Below are positions 50,750 to 64,000 of a stretch of DNA of 64,000 bases, piece after piece (positions within the stretch are counted from its first letter, which is position 1; each line of letters begins with the position of its first letter). Position numbers and translations under genes: made by a program. The stretch is from Octopus sinensis (taxonomy: Eukaryota), in contig NW_021835995.1 of assembly GCF_006345805.1 (NCBI RefSeq), positions 124,001 through 188,000 on the forward strand. The letters are read 5' to 3'. A model generated the notes under the pieces. That model was not told where the DNA came from and ran no database searches. It saw only the letters and a list, made by a program, of their open reading frames with translations.

Positions 50750-51115
50750 ACTAGCACCATGACCCGGCAACGTCAGGTCATAGTGCTAGTGCATGCATAT
50801 ACAGCTGCGTGTGTGCGCACATACACGCGAGTACTATCCAAATCTCCGACCAATCACATACAGCTAGCTGGCATTCAATTGGCATATCAAGTTTCAGGCA
50901 TTTTGATTGGGTTTTGGATAGAAAATTCACAAAAAAGTCACTCCTATTGATTTTTTAATGGCTTTGCAGGGTGACTGGGGAAATGTAAAAATGTGCACAA
51001 TCACCCTTGGACAGTTTTAAATGACCATAGAAAGTGCGAGCCCTCTAACTGAAAAATTGTGGATTTGTATAAAGGACACACACACAGACATTTTAACGTT
51101 TATATATAGAGAGAT
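50750..51115 (+). mobile_element. Non-autonomous Helitron/Helentron-like element
   Basis: Starts with the ACTAGC...GACCCGGCAACG...GCTAGT hairpin and ends ACACAGACATTTT...TATATATAGA, the usual Lep1/HINE layout. Confidence 0.55.
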
Positions 51116-52574
51116 AGAGATATAGAGATAAGAGGTTAATAGGTAAGGATATCAAAGTAAAAAAAAAATAAGAAGAATTTATAGAAAATAATAAGAAATA
51201 TATATAACCAACATTTAAAGAGACAGGGTATTAAAATTGAGGTAGGGAAGAAATAAAGGTAACCTGAAAAGAGGAGGTAGTAGGTATGGGCATAGTGAGG
51301 GCATTTAGAGGTATTCAGACCAAAGAGATTTTATAAGTTGCAATGTTACAGATATTATTGCATATATGATTTTATAGTTTCTAGGGGGTATATAATTAGG
51401 AGAATTACTTACATAAAAGCCATTACAAATACACATAATATAATCAGTAGGGTAGAACATCATACAAAGGAAAAAAATTGTTTAATCACCAAAAATATGA
51501 TGAAGTCAGACTAACTCGGCAGGAGTTTTCATGAGATAGTAATTATATACAGCACACCACATACCATAACATATAGCTTATAACATATGCAATGCAATTT
51601 AATTCACCATATAACTCAATATCCCATGATATCCTTTTGCTTATTTTGATTATGTATTTATGTATGTATGTATGTATGTATGTATGTATATGTTTGTGTG
51701 TGTGTGTTTGTCCCCCCATCATCGCTTGACAACCGATGTTGGTGCATTTACGTTCCCGTAACTTAGCAGTTCGGCAAAAGGAACTAATAGAATAAGTACT
51801 AGACTTACAAAGAATATGTCCTGGGATCGATTTATTCGACTAAAGGCAGTGCTCCAGCATGACCGCAGTCAAACAACTGAAACAAATAAAAGAATAGAAG
51901 AACACACACACATGATGGGTTTTTTTTCAGGTTTTGCTTACCAAGTTCACTTGCAAATCTTTGGTTAGCCAAAGGCTAAAGCAGAAGATGTTTACCCGAG
52001 TGCTATGCAGAAAACTGAATCCAAAACCACATGGCTAGAAAGCAAGCTTCCTAACCACACAGCCATCCCTGCACCAAGAAGTAATATCATTTTAACATTA
52101 TCAGCAAGTAGAGATAACTCTGGGTATGTTTCAATTTTATTAGACCTCTTCAGTGAAACTTAGCCTCCACCACATTGCCAGAATAATTGTTTCTAACATA
52201 GTTACAAGGCCTGAAATTTTGGGGATGATTGTTAATCAATAAATATTGATCTCAGTACTTGTCTAGTACTTTATTTCATTGACTCCCAATGGGTAATGTT
52301 TCTTTCACTGAGATTTGAGCCCAGAATGTAAAAACTGAAGGGAGTACTGCAAGGTATTTTGTCCTCTTAAGATTCTGCCAATCTGTAGATTACTTATTTT
52401 TAAAAGTTTGGTATGTATTTTGCCAGTCTCTTATACTAGACTGCTAAGCTTTGGGGGATGTAAACAAACCAACAGTTTGTAAAACAGCTGGATATACAGA
52501 TGCACACACCCACATACATACACATATCTATAAGGTATACAAATATGTATATATACACACACACACACACACAC

Positions 52575-52593
52575 ACAGACAGACAGATCAATT

Positions 52594-52624
<31 letters not shown>

Positions 52625-52708
52625 TGATAGATAGACAGACAGACAGATAGATAGATAGATAGATAGACAAACAGATATATAGATACATAGATCGATAGAT
52701 AGCTAGAT

Positions 52709-52746
<38 letters not shown>

Positions 52747-52796
52747 CAGATAGACAGACAGACAGACAGATAGATAAACAACAGATATATAGATAC

Positions 52797-52849
<53 letters not shown>

Positions 52850-52985
52850 CAGAGAGATAGACAGACAGACAAACAGACAGACAGATACACAGACAGACAG
52901 ATAGATAGGTAAATAGGTGGATAGATGGGTAGATAGATATGCGCACGCACACACACACACACACCACACACACAAACACACACAC
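52575..52985. repeat. (GATA)n/(GACA)n compound array
   Basis: Direct reading. Confidence 0.95.
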
Positions 52986-53409
52986 ATTTAAGAATGAAAG
53001 TTGATCAAAAAGACTGATAGAATAAGCGCTACACTTACAAAATAGTAATTAGAATCAATTTGTTCGACTAAAACCCTTCAAGGCAGTGCCCCAGCATGGC
53101 CACAGTCTAATGACTGAAACAATTAAAAGATTTCGAATGCTAAAGTTGTCTTTTTCTTCTCAAGGTAAACTGTAAACCAGTTAAAATATTGTTAAGTGTC
53201 TTTTGCCATTCTCTTCACACTGCAGTGAAGAATATCAAACATTAAATAGATGCAGGCATGGCTGTGTGGTAAGTAGCTTGCTTACCAACCACATAGTTCC
53301 AAGTTCAGTCCCACTGTGTGACACCTTGGGCAAGTGTCCTCTACTATAGTCTCGGGCCAGCCAGTGCCTTGTGAGTGGATTTGGTAGGCAGAAACTTAAA
53401 GATCCTGTC

Positions 53410-53445
<36 letters not shown>

Positions 53446-54665
53446 ATGTTTGTGTGTCTGTATTTGTTCCCCCACTGATGTTGGTATGTTACGTCCCTGT
53501 AACTTAGCGGTTCGGCAAAAGAGACTGATAGAATAAGTACTAGGCTTACAAAGAATAAGTCCTGGGGTAGATTTGTTTGATTAAAGGCAGTGCTCCAGCA
53601 TGGCAGCAGTCAAATGACTGAAACCAAATAAAGGAATTTCCAGGGATTTTAATTTATTTTTTAAATTCTTCTAAATCTTATTCTATTTAATCTTAGTAGT
53701 AGCCATTTCTCTATTTCACAGTTGGGTTTCTCTGTAAGAGGGGAAAAAAATGCCAAAATAAAATATAAGAAAATAAAAAAAAAATGAAGGAGAGGAATCA
53801 ACAAGGATTGAATCACAGCCAACAGATTAATCAATGAGGGGTACATGGAATATTAAGACATTCCAAAGATTCTTTACTGACGCATGCACATACATGCATG
53901 ATTACACATATGTATGCAACATGAATACATGAATGTTGATGCTTGGTATTGTCTAGCCATCAACAAAAGAGTCTTGTCACTTTGGTAATGGTGAGGCATA
54001 GGGAACAGGCCTAATAATTATTGATTTCTTGCAGGAACATTTAAGCCCCAGAGATTTAAGGGAAATTGTAACATTAATACATTTATCATTTTGATAATAG
54101 TGTTGCTCATGAAACAATCTTAATAAATATTGATTTATAACGTTTAACATGAGTCCATGGATATTTTTTTCTGTAAGGAAGTGCTGATAGTTGAATTGAA
54201 TCTAAGGTATGGTGGTATTTATTTCATTAATCCTGGTGGAATAAAAAGTGGATTTGACTTTGCTGAGATTTGAATCAAGAAGATAGACAAAATTAAATAC
54301 TGACAGTTGTGTGCACTTTCTACCAACACTGGATTGTGATTTCTTAAACAGGTATAACGTTTATATATTTTAAGGAAACAGAGGTGCAGGTGTGGCTGTG
54401 TAGTAAGAAGCTTGCTTCCCAACCACATGGTTCCAGGTTCAGTTAAACTGTGTAGCACCTTGGGCAAGTATTTTCAATTAAGCTTCAGCCAAATCAAAGC
54501 TTTGTGAGTAGATTTTTTTAAAGGAAAACTGAGACAACCATCACATATATATATATCGTCATCGTCATCATCATCAGCTTTCCATGGAACTGGTAAGCTA
54601 GACAGTTACACCAGGTTCCAATCTGATTTGGCATGGTTTCTATCACTGGATGCCTTTCCTAGTGC

Positions 54666-54722
<57 letters not shown>

Positions 54723-55802
54723 TTAAGAGACAGAACCTCCATTAAAGTAATTCAATTAATAGTGAAAGATATTATCTACAATAAAATATAAATTTAAATA
54801 TATTATTAATATTGTACTAATAATTACTATACTAAATAATACACCTTAAATCAACGAAGTGCGATATATATATATATATATCTGTGTACATGTGTCTTTG
54901 CATGTGTGTTTGTTCCCCACCACTACTTGACAACCAGTGTTGGTGTGTTTACATCCCAGTAACTTAGTGGTTTAGCAAAAGAATGCAATAAGAATAAGCA
55001 CTAAGCTTTAATAAAAAAGTACTGGAGTCAATTCATTCGACTAAAAATTCTTCAAAGCAGTGCCCCAGCATGGCCTCACTCAAATGACTGAAACAAGAAA
55101 AAAATTAAAGAAATAAAGAGGCTGATAGAAAAGGTACCAAACTTTAAAAAACAAGTCCTGGGGTCAATTTCTTCAATTAAGCCCTTCAGGGTTGTGCCCC
55201 AGTATGGCCAGTCAAAAGACTAAAACAAATGAAAAAAAAAAAGGAAAGAAATGCTGACACCTTTATATAAACTATGGTTTAACCCTCTTAAGTTTTACCA
55301 ACAAACTCAATGGCTTCCTTTTATATAAAATATACATGATTAAATGGAAAATTTTAGCATTTCCATAAATTATTTCTTCAACAAATGTTAATTTACATAA
55401 AATGAACATTTTTCAGTGAAAAACACCTGCTCATTATTAAGTTTTGTTGATGAAATTAAAAGACAAACAATTTTATCCATGAAAAGTATAATGAAAACAA
55501 AGTCAGTTAATCAGGCCATTTTTGTTGTTATTTGTTTTGTGCTATTTTATTAATGGAGAGCAAAACTTAAGCTTAGTCAAAAGGACTTAGTAATTTCTTT
55601 TATTCAAATTACAAATCCGGAAATTTGTACTTGGCAAATTTTTATCTAACTATACATGCAATGTGGGTGTCTGGTTAAAAGCTTGCTTCTCAATCATGTA
55701 GTCATGGGTTTAGTTCCACTGCACAACACTTTTGGCAAGTATCTTCCACGACAGCCCCATGGTCTGAACAAAGCCTTGTGAGTGGATATCGTAAATGGAA
55801 AC

Positions 55803-55833
<31 letters not shown>

Positions 55834-56139
55834 TGTGTGTGTGTTGGTGTGTGTGTGTGTGTGTGTGTGGGCGATAGGGGTATGTGTATGTATGTATTTA
55901 TTTGAGTGAGAAATAGCACTAACCACTGGGCCATTGTGCCTCCACCTATAGATATATATGGTACAAAAATAGAAAGAAAAAAAGAGAAAAGGTGTAATAG
56001 ATTTACTCTCAGGAAAATCAGAAGTTTTTAACATTTGAAGCACTTATATTACAGATATCTGAGCTGATCATAGGGTTGAACCTGTTAGAATAACAAAACT
56101 CTGAAAAACTGAACAGTGCTGTTGTGTGCAAGAAGTGGT

Positions 56140-56560
56140 ATAAGAATGCTCCAGAAAGGTCTCCAAAAATGACAATGCAACCATGTGCCAATACACGCAG
56201 TTAGGAAGATCAAAGCTAATCAACCAGATATGTTCTCAAGGACCATTAAGGAAAAAAGGTCTCCCCTAATCAACATATTTCCAATAGAGGATAATATATT
56301 TCTAACAGAAATGGAAAAAAAACTATCAAAACACAAAGATCTGGAAACAGAAATAACCAGAATGTGGGACCTGAAAACAGAAATAAATCCTATCATAATA
56401 GGTGCTTTAGGTACAGTAAAAAATATGCAGACAAATACATAACCAAAACACCAGGACATACAAATATATACATAACATACAGAAAATAGCACTGCTAGGT
56501 TCCTCACGTCTTACATAGAACATTTTCAATCCAGTAAAAATAACAACACCAAAAGAAACC
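56140..56560 (+). mobile_element. R4/NeSL-type endonuclease fragment
   Basis: KLSKHKDLETEITRMWDLKTEINPIIIGALGTV. Confidence 0.8.
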
Positions 56561-58326
56561 ACAACACACACCCAAGGCCCACAGATCTATGTTTCAAAAG
56601 AGCAGTCAAAAAGCACGTAATAAAAGAAGACTACAAAATAATAATAATAGTGATTTTTTCTTAATAATAGAAATAATAATAATCCTTTCTACTATAGGCA
56701 CAAAGCCAGAAATTTGTGGGGAGGGGCCAAGTTGATTACATCAACCTCAGAGTTTGGTTGGTACTAAATTTATTGACACTGAAAGGATGAAAAGTAAAGT
56801 CAACCTTGGCGGAATTTGAACTCAGAACATGGAGTCAGACGAAATACTGCTAAGCACTTCATCCTGCATGTTGATGATTCTGCCAACTCGCTGCCTTAAT
56901 AATAAGAAGAAAAAGAAGAATGATAACTATTTAAGGTAAATTATTGATCAGTGAGTGAATAGTAGCGAACAAATCAAAAGATAAAATACAAAACCATGCA
57001 TGAGAACTTTCTGATCATGAGAAAAGAAAAAAAGCACAAACTTCCTTATTTCCGACAGATTCATCAACAGCAACCAACCAAACCACCACAGGACATTCCA
57101 CTCCCCACCTCCTCTCATATCAAAAATTCTAGGTCTACCACCATCAACATAGGCATGATGAAAGGTGAATCTGAAGAGATTATGAAGATGCTGGAGAGGA
57201 GTGATATATGCTGTTGTGTGCAAGAGATAAAATGGAAGGGATCCTCAAGCAAACCCTTCTGGGAAGGTAACAGCATTGGGGTAGGTGAAGTAGACATACA
57301 ACTAGCTGAGAAATAGGTAAGTTAATAGTCACTTCATTATTATGGCTGGCAATTTAAATGGAATGTTGAGCAAAAGTACAAGGTTTCAGTGTATACATGG
57401 AGGTAAGGGTTATAGTATGAAAGAAAAGGAGGGACCAAGGCCCTTAGTGTTTTGTGAGACAAAATTAATCATTTACAACACAAACTTTGGGAAATCAGCA
57501 GGGCAACAGATCCCTATCAATCAAACAAATAAACTTTATTTCATCAGGAAATGGGAGAGATAGAAAATGCATTTTTCTTAATGAAGAATACACACACAAC
57601 ATAAATTAGTGACTAGTCTTCAAGTTAAGAACTAGATGGACCTAGAAACAAAAAGACAATCTAGAAAACAAGAACACATGGAAGCTAAATGAGCCCTCAA
57701 TTACTTGCAGAGTCAGAGAATTTCTAATGGATGCTCTTGACAGTAGGAGAAAAATGATAGAGACTTAGAACATTAAGGGCAACTGGCAGATTCTATGGGA
57801 CAACTGTTTTGAAAGATAAAAATCATATCTGTGACCAGTACAAAATTCCAGTCAAATCAAAGATGATGCAGTAGTGGAATGACATGGTAGATAGACATAG
57901 ATAGGCTTGGAAAGATTGGAAGCTGGCTAGAAAAAAGCTAAGCACAAGATATACTTAGCTAGAGAAGTGAAAATAAGATTTGTACATGATTTGCAACATC
58001 AAGGTCAGGAGCAAGAGTTGCTTTGAATAACAAGAATTTGAGGTGCCATAGGAGAGAAGTGTATTCAGAACAATAGCAGTTCACTTGACTTTACTGTTGC
58101 TAGAAAGAAAGAAGCATGAAAGCGCTATTATGAAAGGTTATTGAATAAGGAAAATGCAAGGCAGAGAATCTACTCCAAGTAGACCCAACAAAGGACCTGC
58201 CATCCAACTTGACCGCAGTGTAGAGTGACAGACAGAACAGTTAAATCAGTTCTATATTTAAGAGATGAGAATTTATGTACATTATTTACATTTGACGGAT
58301 ATTTGTCTTCATCTTGCTTGTTGTTA

Positions 58327-58370
58327 ACACAACGTTTCAGCTGATATACCCTCCAGCCTACATCAGGTGT
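58327..58370 (-). ncRNA. Hammerhead motif (family A), A9U core mutation
   Basis: ACAC CUGAUGU A GGCUG-GAGGGUAUAU-CAGCU GAAA CGU U GUGU. Confidence 0.6.
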
Positions 58371-58419
58371 CTTGGGGAAATTTCAAACCTGGGTTCTCAT
58401 TCCTAAGGTATTTTTTCGA

Positions 58420-58467
<48 letters not shown>

Positions 58468-58538
58468 GCAGGTCACTGCCTGGAATAACATTGAAAAATA
58501 CCTTAGGAATAAGAACCCAGGTTTGAAATTTCCCCAAG

Positions 58539-58582
58539 ACACCTGATGAAGGCTGGAGAGTATATCAGCCGAAACATTGTGT
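58539..58582 (+). ncRNA. Hammerhead motif (family A), core intact
   Basis: ACAC CUGAUGA A GGCUG-GAGAGUAUAU-CAGCC GAAA CAU U GUGU. The only deviation is CAU for CGU in stem III (CpG decay). Confidence 0.7.
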
Positions 58583-59923
58583 TAACAACAAACAAGATGA
58601 GGACAAATATCCATCAAATGTAAATAATGTACATGAAGAACAGTTAAAGATATGAAAACAGCAGATCCATTAAAGATTGTCCTTGAGATATTTAAGACAT
58701 TTTATGAAGTATGGCACATACTAGTCACCCAAATAATCAACCAGGGAGCAGAGAAATGACTGATAGTAGACAAATGCTATATGGGCAAAGAAGATGCACT
58801 AAAGAGGAATCAAATTACGAAAGTGTTGGTACCACATAAAAAGTACCCATGCTGGAGTCACATAGAAAGCACCTGTGCTGGTGTCACATTAAAAAGCACT
58901 TATGCTGGTGCCACATAAAAGAGCGCCTGTGTTGGTGCCATGTGAAAGGCACCCAGTATACTCTATAAAGTGGTTTGCATTGGAAACCTTACCAAAACAG
59001 ACAACTGGAGCATAGTGCAGCTTTCCAGTTTGCCAGCGCCTGTCAAACCCTCTAATTCATGCCAGCATGGAAAACAGACGTAAATGATGATGATGATGAT
59101 GATGATATAAAGAGTTATTGCAAAATTAGTTAGGATCAAAATTAGTCTGGACGAGATCCAGTTCAGCTTTGTGCCGGGAAGAGAAACCTGAACCATCAAT
59201 TCCTAGTGAAACAACTAGTGAGAGTTAGCTTCAAATAAACCTCTATACTTGGCATTTGTCAACCTCCAAGCAGGCTTTTAACATGGTCTCTGATCTGTAA
59301 TCTAGAGACCCCGAGAAGGCTACAAGTGGACCAATGGCTTAAGAAAGGCTGCACATGCCATGTACAGAAGTGCAATCAGGGAAGTAAGGGCAACAATGAG
59401 TTCAGGGGAAAATTTAGTGTGCAGGTATTTAATTGTAATTCAATAGATCATGTTATCAGAAGGGGTAATTCTGTTTTGATTTGTACACAAGCAATCCCAC
59501 CTCTGTCAAATTTAAGACTAAGAATATGATTTTAATGATTGTACGTATGTATTTTGCCCCAAACTATCCATAACACAAATGGAAGTTGGGTCTGAATTCT
59601 TTAAGCCCAAAGCACTTCACATGTTGAATGAACTAGCTTAGTCTGAAGAAACTACCGTGTGTACCTGTCATTTTGAAACTTTTAGTACTATGAACTGACT
59701 ATCCACTAGAGAGAGAGAGAGACAGACAGAGATAGAGACAGACAGAGAGACAGAGAAACAGAGCATACAGGATAAGGGGCTAAATACTTGTGATGCTGAG
59801 ATACCTACTGATGATATGGAAGTGCTTCTGACATTGTAAAAGATTCAGAAAACCTTGCAATACTTGAGTGTAGCCCCAGCAGTTTCTGCTGCATAGAACA
59901 ATGCATCTCCCATGTTTATCTCA

Positions 59924-59980
<57 letters not shown>

Positions 59981-60259
59981 CTTGGAAATGGATGCATGGC
60001 GTTCGATCATATAACAACGTAAATAATATATAAACATATGAATATATACATACATATATGTACATACCTACATCTATATGTATATATACATGTGTATGAG
60101 TACAGGACACCAAAAAAAATGTTGAACACAATGAGAAACGAAAACATAAAAACAAAAACATGGAAACGAACATTTTTTCAAACAACGAAAAAACAGAGTA
60201 CAAGACATACAACACAAGGAATATTCCCCTTCTTCAGTTGTCCCTTCTTTCCTATGTTT

Positions 60260-61340
60260 TAAATTTTTGGTCTTCACCAAGTTTACCCTGAGGCCCTTCA
60301 ATTCCAGCTTATGCTTCCACATTTGAAATTTTATTCTCTGAGTTTTCTATTTATTCTATTATAAGTTATTAGCATATAGGAATTCCCATGGACAGCCAGT
60401 CTTAAAATCATCTTGGATTTTAAAAAGAGGGGCTGAGAACTGAACCTTGGTGAACATCTACCTACATGCTAAATTCCTTACTGAACATACTGTCAGCCCT
60501 CACTTTGCTGACAGCAGCTCCGTACATGGCTGGCACATCTCTCACAAGCATTTATCTACAACTAATTCTTTGAAAGACATCCAGACTACAGATCAAGGTA
60601 CCCTATCAAAAGCCTTCTCCAGATCAACAAATACTGAGTAAAGAGGCTTACATTCAGCTAAAAATTTATTTTGCAGTTTCTTCCTATGAAGAGAGTAACA
60701 GCTGCACTCCAGCCAGGTACACAAATACAAATTTTATCCCATACAAACTGATTGTTTCCCTAATCAATGGTGTTAATTCACTTCCTGTTATTTTCATAAT
60801 GTTGTCCATCTGTCGGATTTTTCTGCAATTGCTTCCTAACAAACCATTTTCTTTGCCCTTGTAGCAGATCATGATTATACTGCTATGCCAATCATTTGAT
60901 AAGACACATCTCTGTATTACCTGACTTATTATGCAAATGAGCCCTACTTAACCAAATACCTTCCGCAATTCAGGGACTTTACATAATGGACCTGCTGCTT
61001 TCCTTGTCTTCACATCTTCAATGGCTGTTTTGACCATATAATTGTTCACTACAATAGCTGGTCCCTTTTGGGACCAGTATAACTATCTTCTCTTCCCACA
61101 TAATTTCCACATTCAGCAGCCTTTCATAATTGTTTTCATGCCACTTATTTGTGTAAGCCATTTATAGACCACACAAACACAAAGTCCAAGGATGTAATTT
61201 TTTGGTACACTAAGAATTCCATTCCATATTATTATACAAAGAATTTCAGTTTGTAAGAATGATTTCCTTTAAGGAAAGCTGTCCACTTCTATATACTCAG
61301 CTATTTGCAGGAGTGCTGACTGACAATCCGCTCAAATTCA
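60260..61340 (-). mobile_element. Decayed RTE RT fragment (same family as 40692-41865)
   Basis: WKHKLELKGLRVNLVKTK plus remnants of the DLEKAFDRVP and HQGSVLSPL motifs. Confidence 0.65.
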
Positions 61341-61346
61341 ACCCCC

Positions 61347-61666
61347 TTGTATATGCTATATATATATATATATGTACATATATATACATATATATATATG
61401 TACATATATATATATATGTACATATATATATATATGATGATGATGATGTGATATATGTACATATATATATATATGATGATGATGATGTGATATATGTACA
61501 TATATATATATATGTACATATATATATATATATATATATGTACATATATATAATATATATATATAGATATGTAATTATATATATATAATATATGTACATA
61601 TATATATATATATATATATGTACATATATATATATATATATAGATATATATATATATATATTATAT

Positions 61667-61708
<42 letters not shown>

Positions 61709-61991
61709 TATTATATATATCTAATATGTACATATATATATATATATATATATGTACATATTATATATATATATATAATATATATATATATATATAATTA
61801 TATATATATTATATATATATAATATATATATATATATATGTACATATATATATATATAACATATATTATATATATATACATATAATATTACATATATATA
61901 TATACATATATATATCTATATATAGATATATATATATAATATAGTACATATATATATATATATGTACATATATATATACTATATATATATG

Positions 61992-62038
<47 letters not shown>

Positions 62039-62100
62039 TAGATATATATATATATATATATAGATATATATATATATACATATATATATGTACATATATC

Positions 62101-62132
<32 letters not shown>

Positions 62133-62206
62133 TATATATATAATAGATATATATATATATATATATATATGAATATATATAGTATATATATATATATATA
62201 TATATA

Positions 62207-62238
<32 letters not shown>

Positions 62239-62294
62239 GATGTACATATATATATATATATATATATAGATATAGTATGTACATATATATATAT

Positions 62295-62348
<54 letters not shown>

Positions 62349-62420
62349 ATATAATAGATATATATATATATATATATGTACATATATATATAGATATATG
62401 TACATATATATATATATATA

Positions 62421-62470
<50 letters not shown>

Positions 62471-62643
62471 TAGAGATATATATATATATATCTATGATAT
62501 ATATATATATACATAGATATATGTACATATATATATATATAGATATATATATATATATATATATATGTACAGATAATATATCTATATATATATATATATA
62601 TATGGTACATATATATATAGATATATATATATATATATATATA

Positions 62644-62692
<49 letters not shown>

Positions 62693-62965
62693 GTACATAT
62701 ATTATATATATATAATAATATATATATATGGACTATATAATATATAGATATATATATATGTACTATATATATATATATATATATCTATATATACATTATA
62801 TATATATATATATATCATATATATGTACATATAATATATATATATATTATTATATATATTTATTATATTATATATATCTATATTATATTATATGTACAAT
62901 ATATCTATATATATATATATATATAATATATATATATATATATGTAATATATATATATATATATA

Positions 62966-63004
<39 letters not shown>

Positions 63005-63034
63005 CTATATATATATATATATATATATATGTAC

Positions 63035-63065
<31 letters not shown>

Positions 63066-63290
63066 GGACATATATATATATATATAGTACATATATATAT
63101 ATATAATATATATATTATATATATATATAATATATGTACATATATATATATATATAATATATATCTATAATATATATATATATATATGTACATATCTAAT
63201 ATAATAATATATTATATATATATATATCTTATATGTACAATATATAATATAAGATATCTATATATATATATATATGTACATATTATATTA

Positions 63291-63322
<32 letters not shown>

Positions 63323-63325
63323 CTA

Positions 63326-63365
<40 letters not shown>

Positions 63366-63395
63366 TATATAGATATATATATATATATATGTACA

Positions 63396-63427
<32 letters not shown>

Positions 63428-63455
63428 CTATATATGTACATATTATATATATTAG

Positions 63456-63486
<31 letters not shown>

Positions 63487-63556
63487 GATATATATATATA
63501 TGTATCTAGATATACATATATATACATATATATATATATACATATATAAATAAATA
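61347..63556. repeat. ~2.2-kb interrupted (TA)n satellite with recurrent GTAC and ATAG/CTAT interruptions
   Basis: Direct reading. Confidence 0.95.
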
Positions 63557-63618
63557 AATGGAGTTAAATGCACGTGTTATTCAAATTCTTTCACTTCCAA
63601 CACATACACACACACAAA

Positions 63619-63945
63619 TATATATATGTAATGGCATTCAAGTTACCCCAACCGCAGAACGGGGCGCCACTGCATGGTGCCAAAGATTCCAACATCACCA
63701 TCAAAATACAGGTCCAGATACTGCAACAGCTTGGGTTCAGAGGACCACAGCTCTTTAACATCCTCCCTAAATGCCTGAGAGACTTACATGGTGTGGAGTG
63801 GGTTTCGTTAAAACTAAACTGGATCTCTTCTTGTCGGGAGTCCCAGATGAACCTACCTCACGACAGGAGACGCAGATGCGGGCAGCAGCATCGAACTCCC
63901 TTGTTGATCAAGTGCCACGTATCAGAGGTGGATTCACATATTAGT
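63619..63945 (+). mobile_element. CR1-group LINE 3' end, relatively young
   Basis: GRHCMVPKIP...NSLGFRGPQLFNILPKCLRDL...KLDLFLSGVPDEP...RAAASNSLVDQ. CpGs retained. Confidence 0.8.
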
Positions 63946-64000
63946 GTAGCTCATTCAGCGGTGGTGCCCCAGCATGGCCGCGGCCTTCGGGCTAAAACAT

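Larger units (their letters stand above)
58246..58636. mobile_element. Family A fold-back dimer (5'-truncated copy plus inverted body) with 12-bp TSD
   Basis: 58271-58420 is the reverse complement of about 58487-58634. AGAACAGTTAAA lies at 58234-58245 and 58637-58648. Confidence 0.8.
57000..59450 (+). mobile_element. Heavily decayed RTE ORF2 (APE endonuclease to RT), interrupted by later insertions
   Basis: TINIGMMKGESEEIMKMLER..DICCCVQEIKWKG..FWEGNSIGVGEVDIQLAEK is an APE-domain signature. Downstream remnants match RT motifs 1-4. Confidence 0.7.

Noticed and set aside
53720-53733. 12-nt microexon candidates on both strands
   Set aside because: AG/GT pairs exist on either strand, but no flanking exons can be tied to them. 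Needs RNA data.
61259-63573. Many YI/IY-repeat ORFs
   Set aside because: Translations of (TA)n satellite.

Overview
AT-rich, repeat-dense animal genomic DNA. The SINE/LINE repertoire and microsatellite load look like a coleoid cephalopod, probably Octopus (inference from recalled repeat families, not a search). None of the supplied six-frame ORFs is a complete gene; most are microsatellite or SINE read-throughs. One spliced minus-strand gene is recoverable by hand: five GT-AG coding exons with matching phases (24685 to 16530) encode a 205-aa protein I cannot assign to a family. It has a probable CpG-retaining first exon near 26.3 kb and weaker candidate upstream exons at 28.3, 35.3-35.9 and 42.7-43.1 kb. 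The rest is at least five tRNA-derived SINE families, decayed RTE, R4/NeSL-type, CR1-type and Penelope-type retroelements, piggyBac-, hAT- and Helitron-like MITEs, and a ~2.2 kb (TA)-rich satellite. The most unusual signal is six minimal type-I hammerhead-ribozyme motifs in three unrelated short repeats: a tRNA-headed SINE with a Penelope-like hammerhead tail (including a fold-back dimer with a 12-bp target duplication), a short insert in a GATA array, and the centre of a long-inverted-repeat element. Every copy deviates from the canonical core or cleavage site, so activity is untested.
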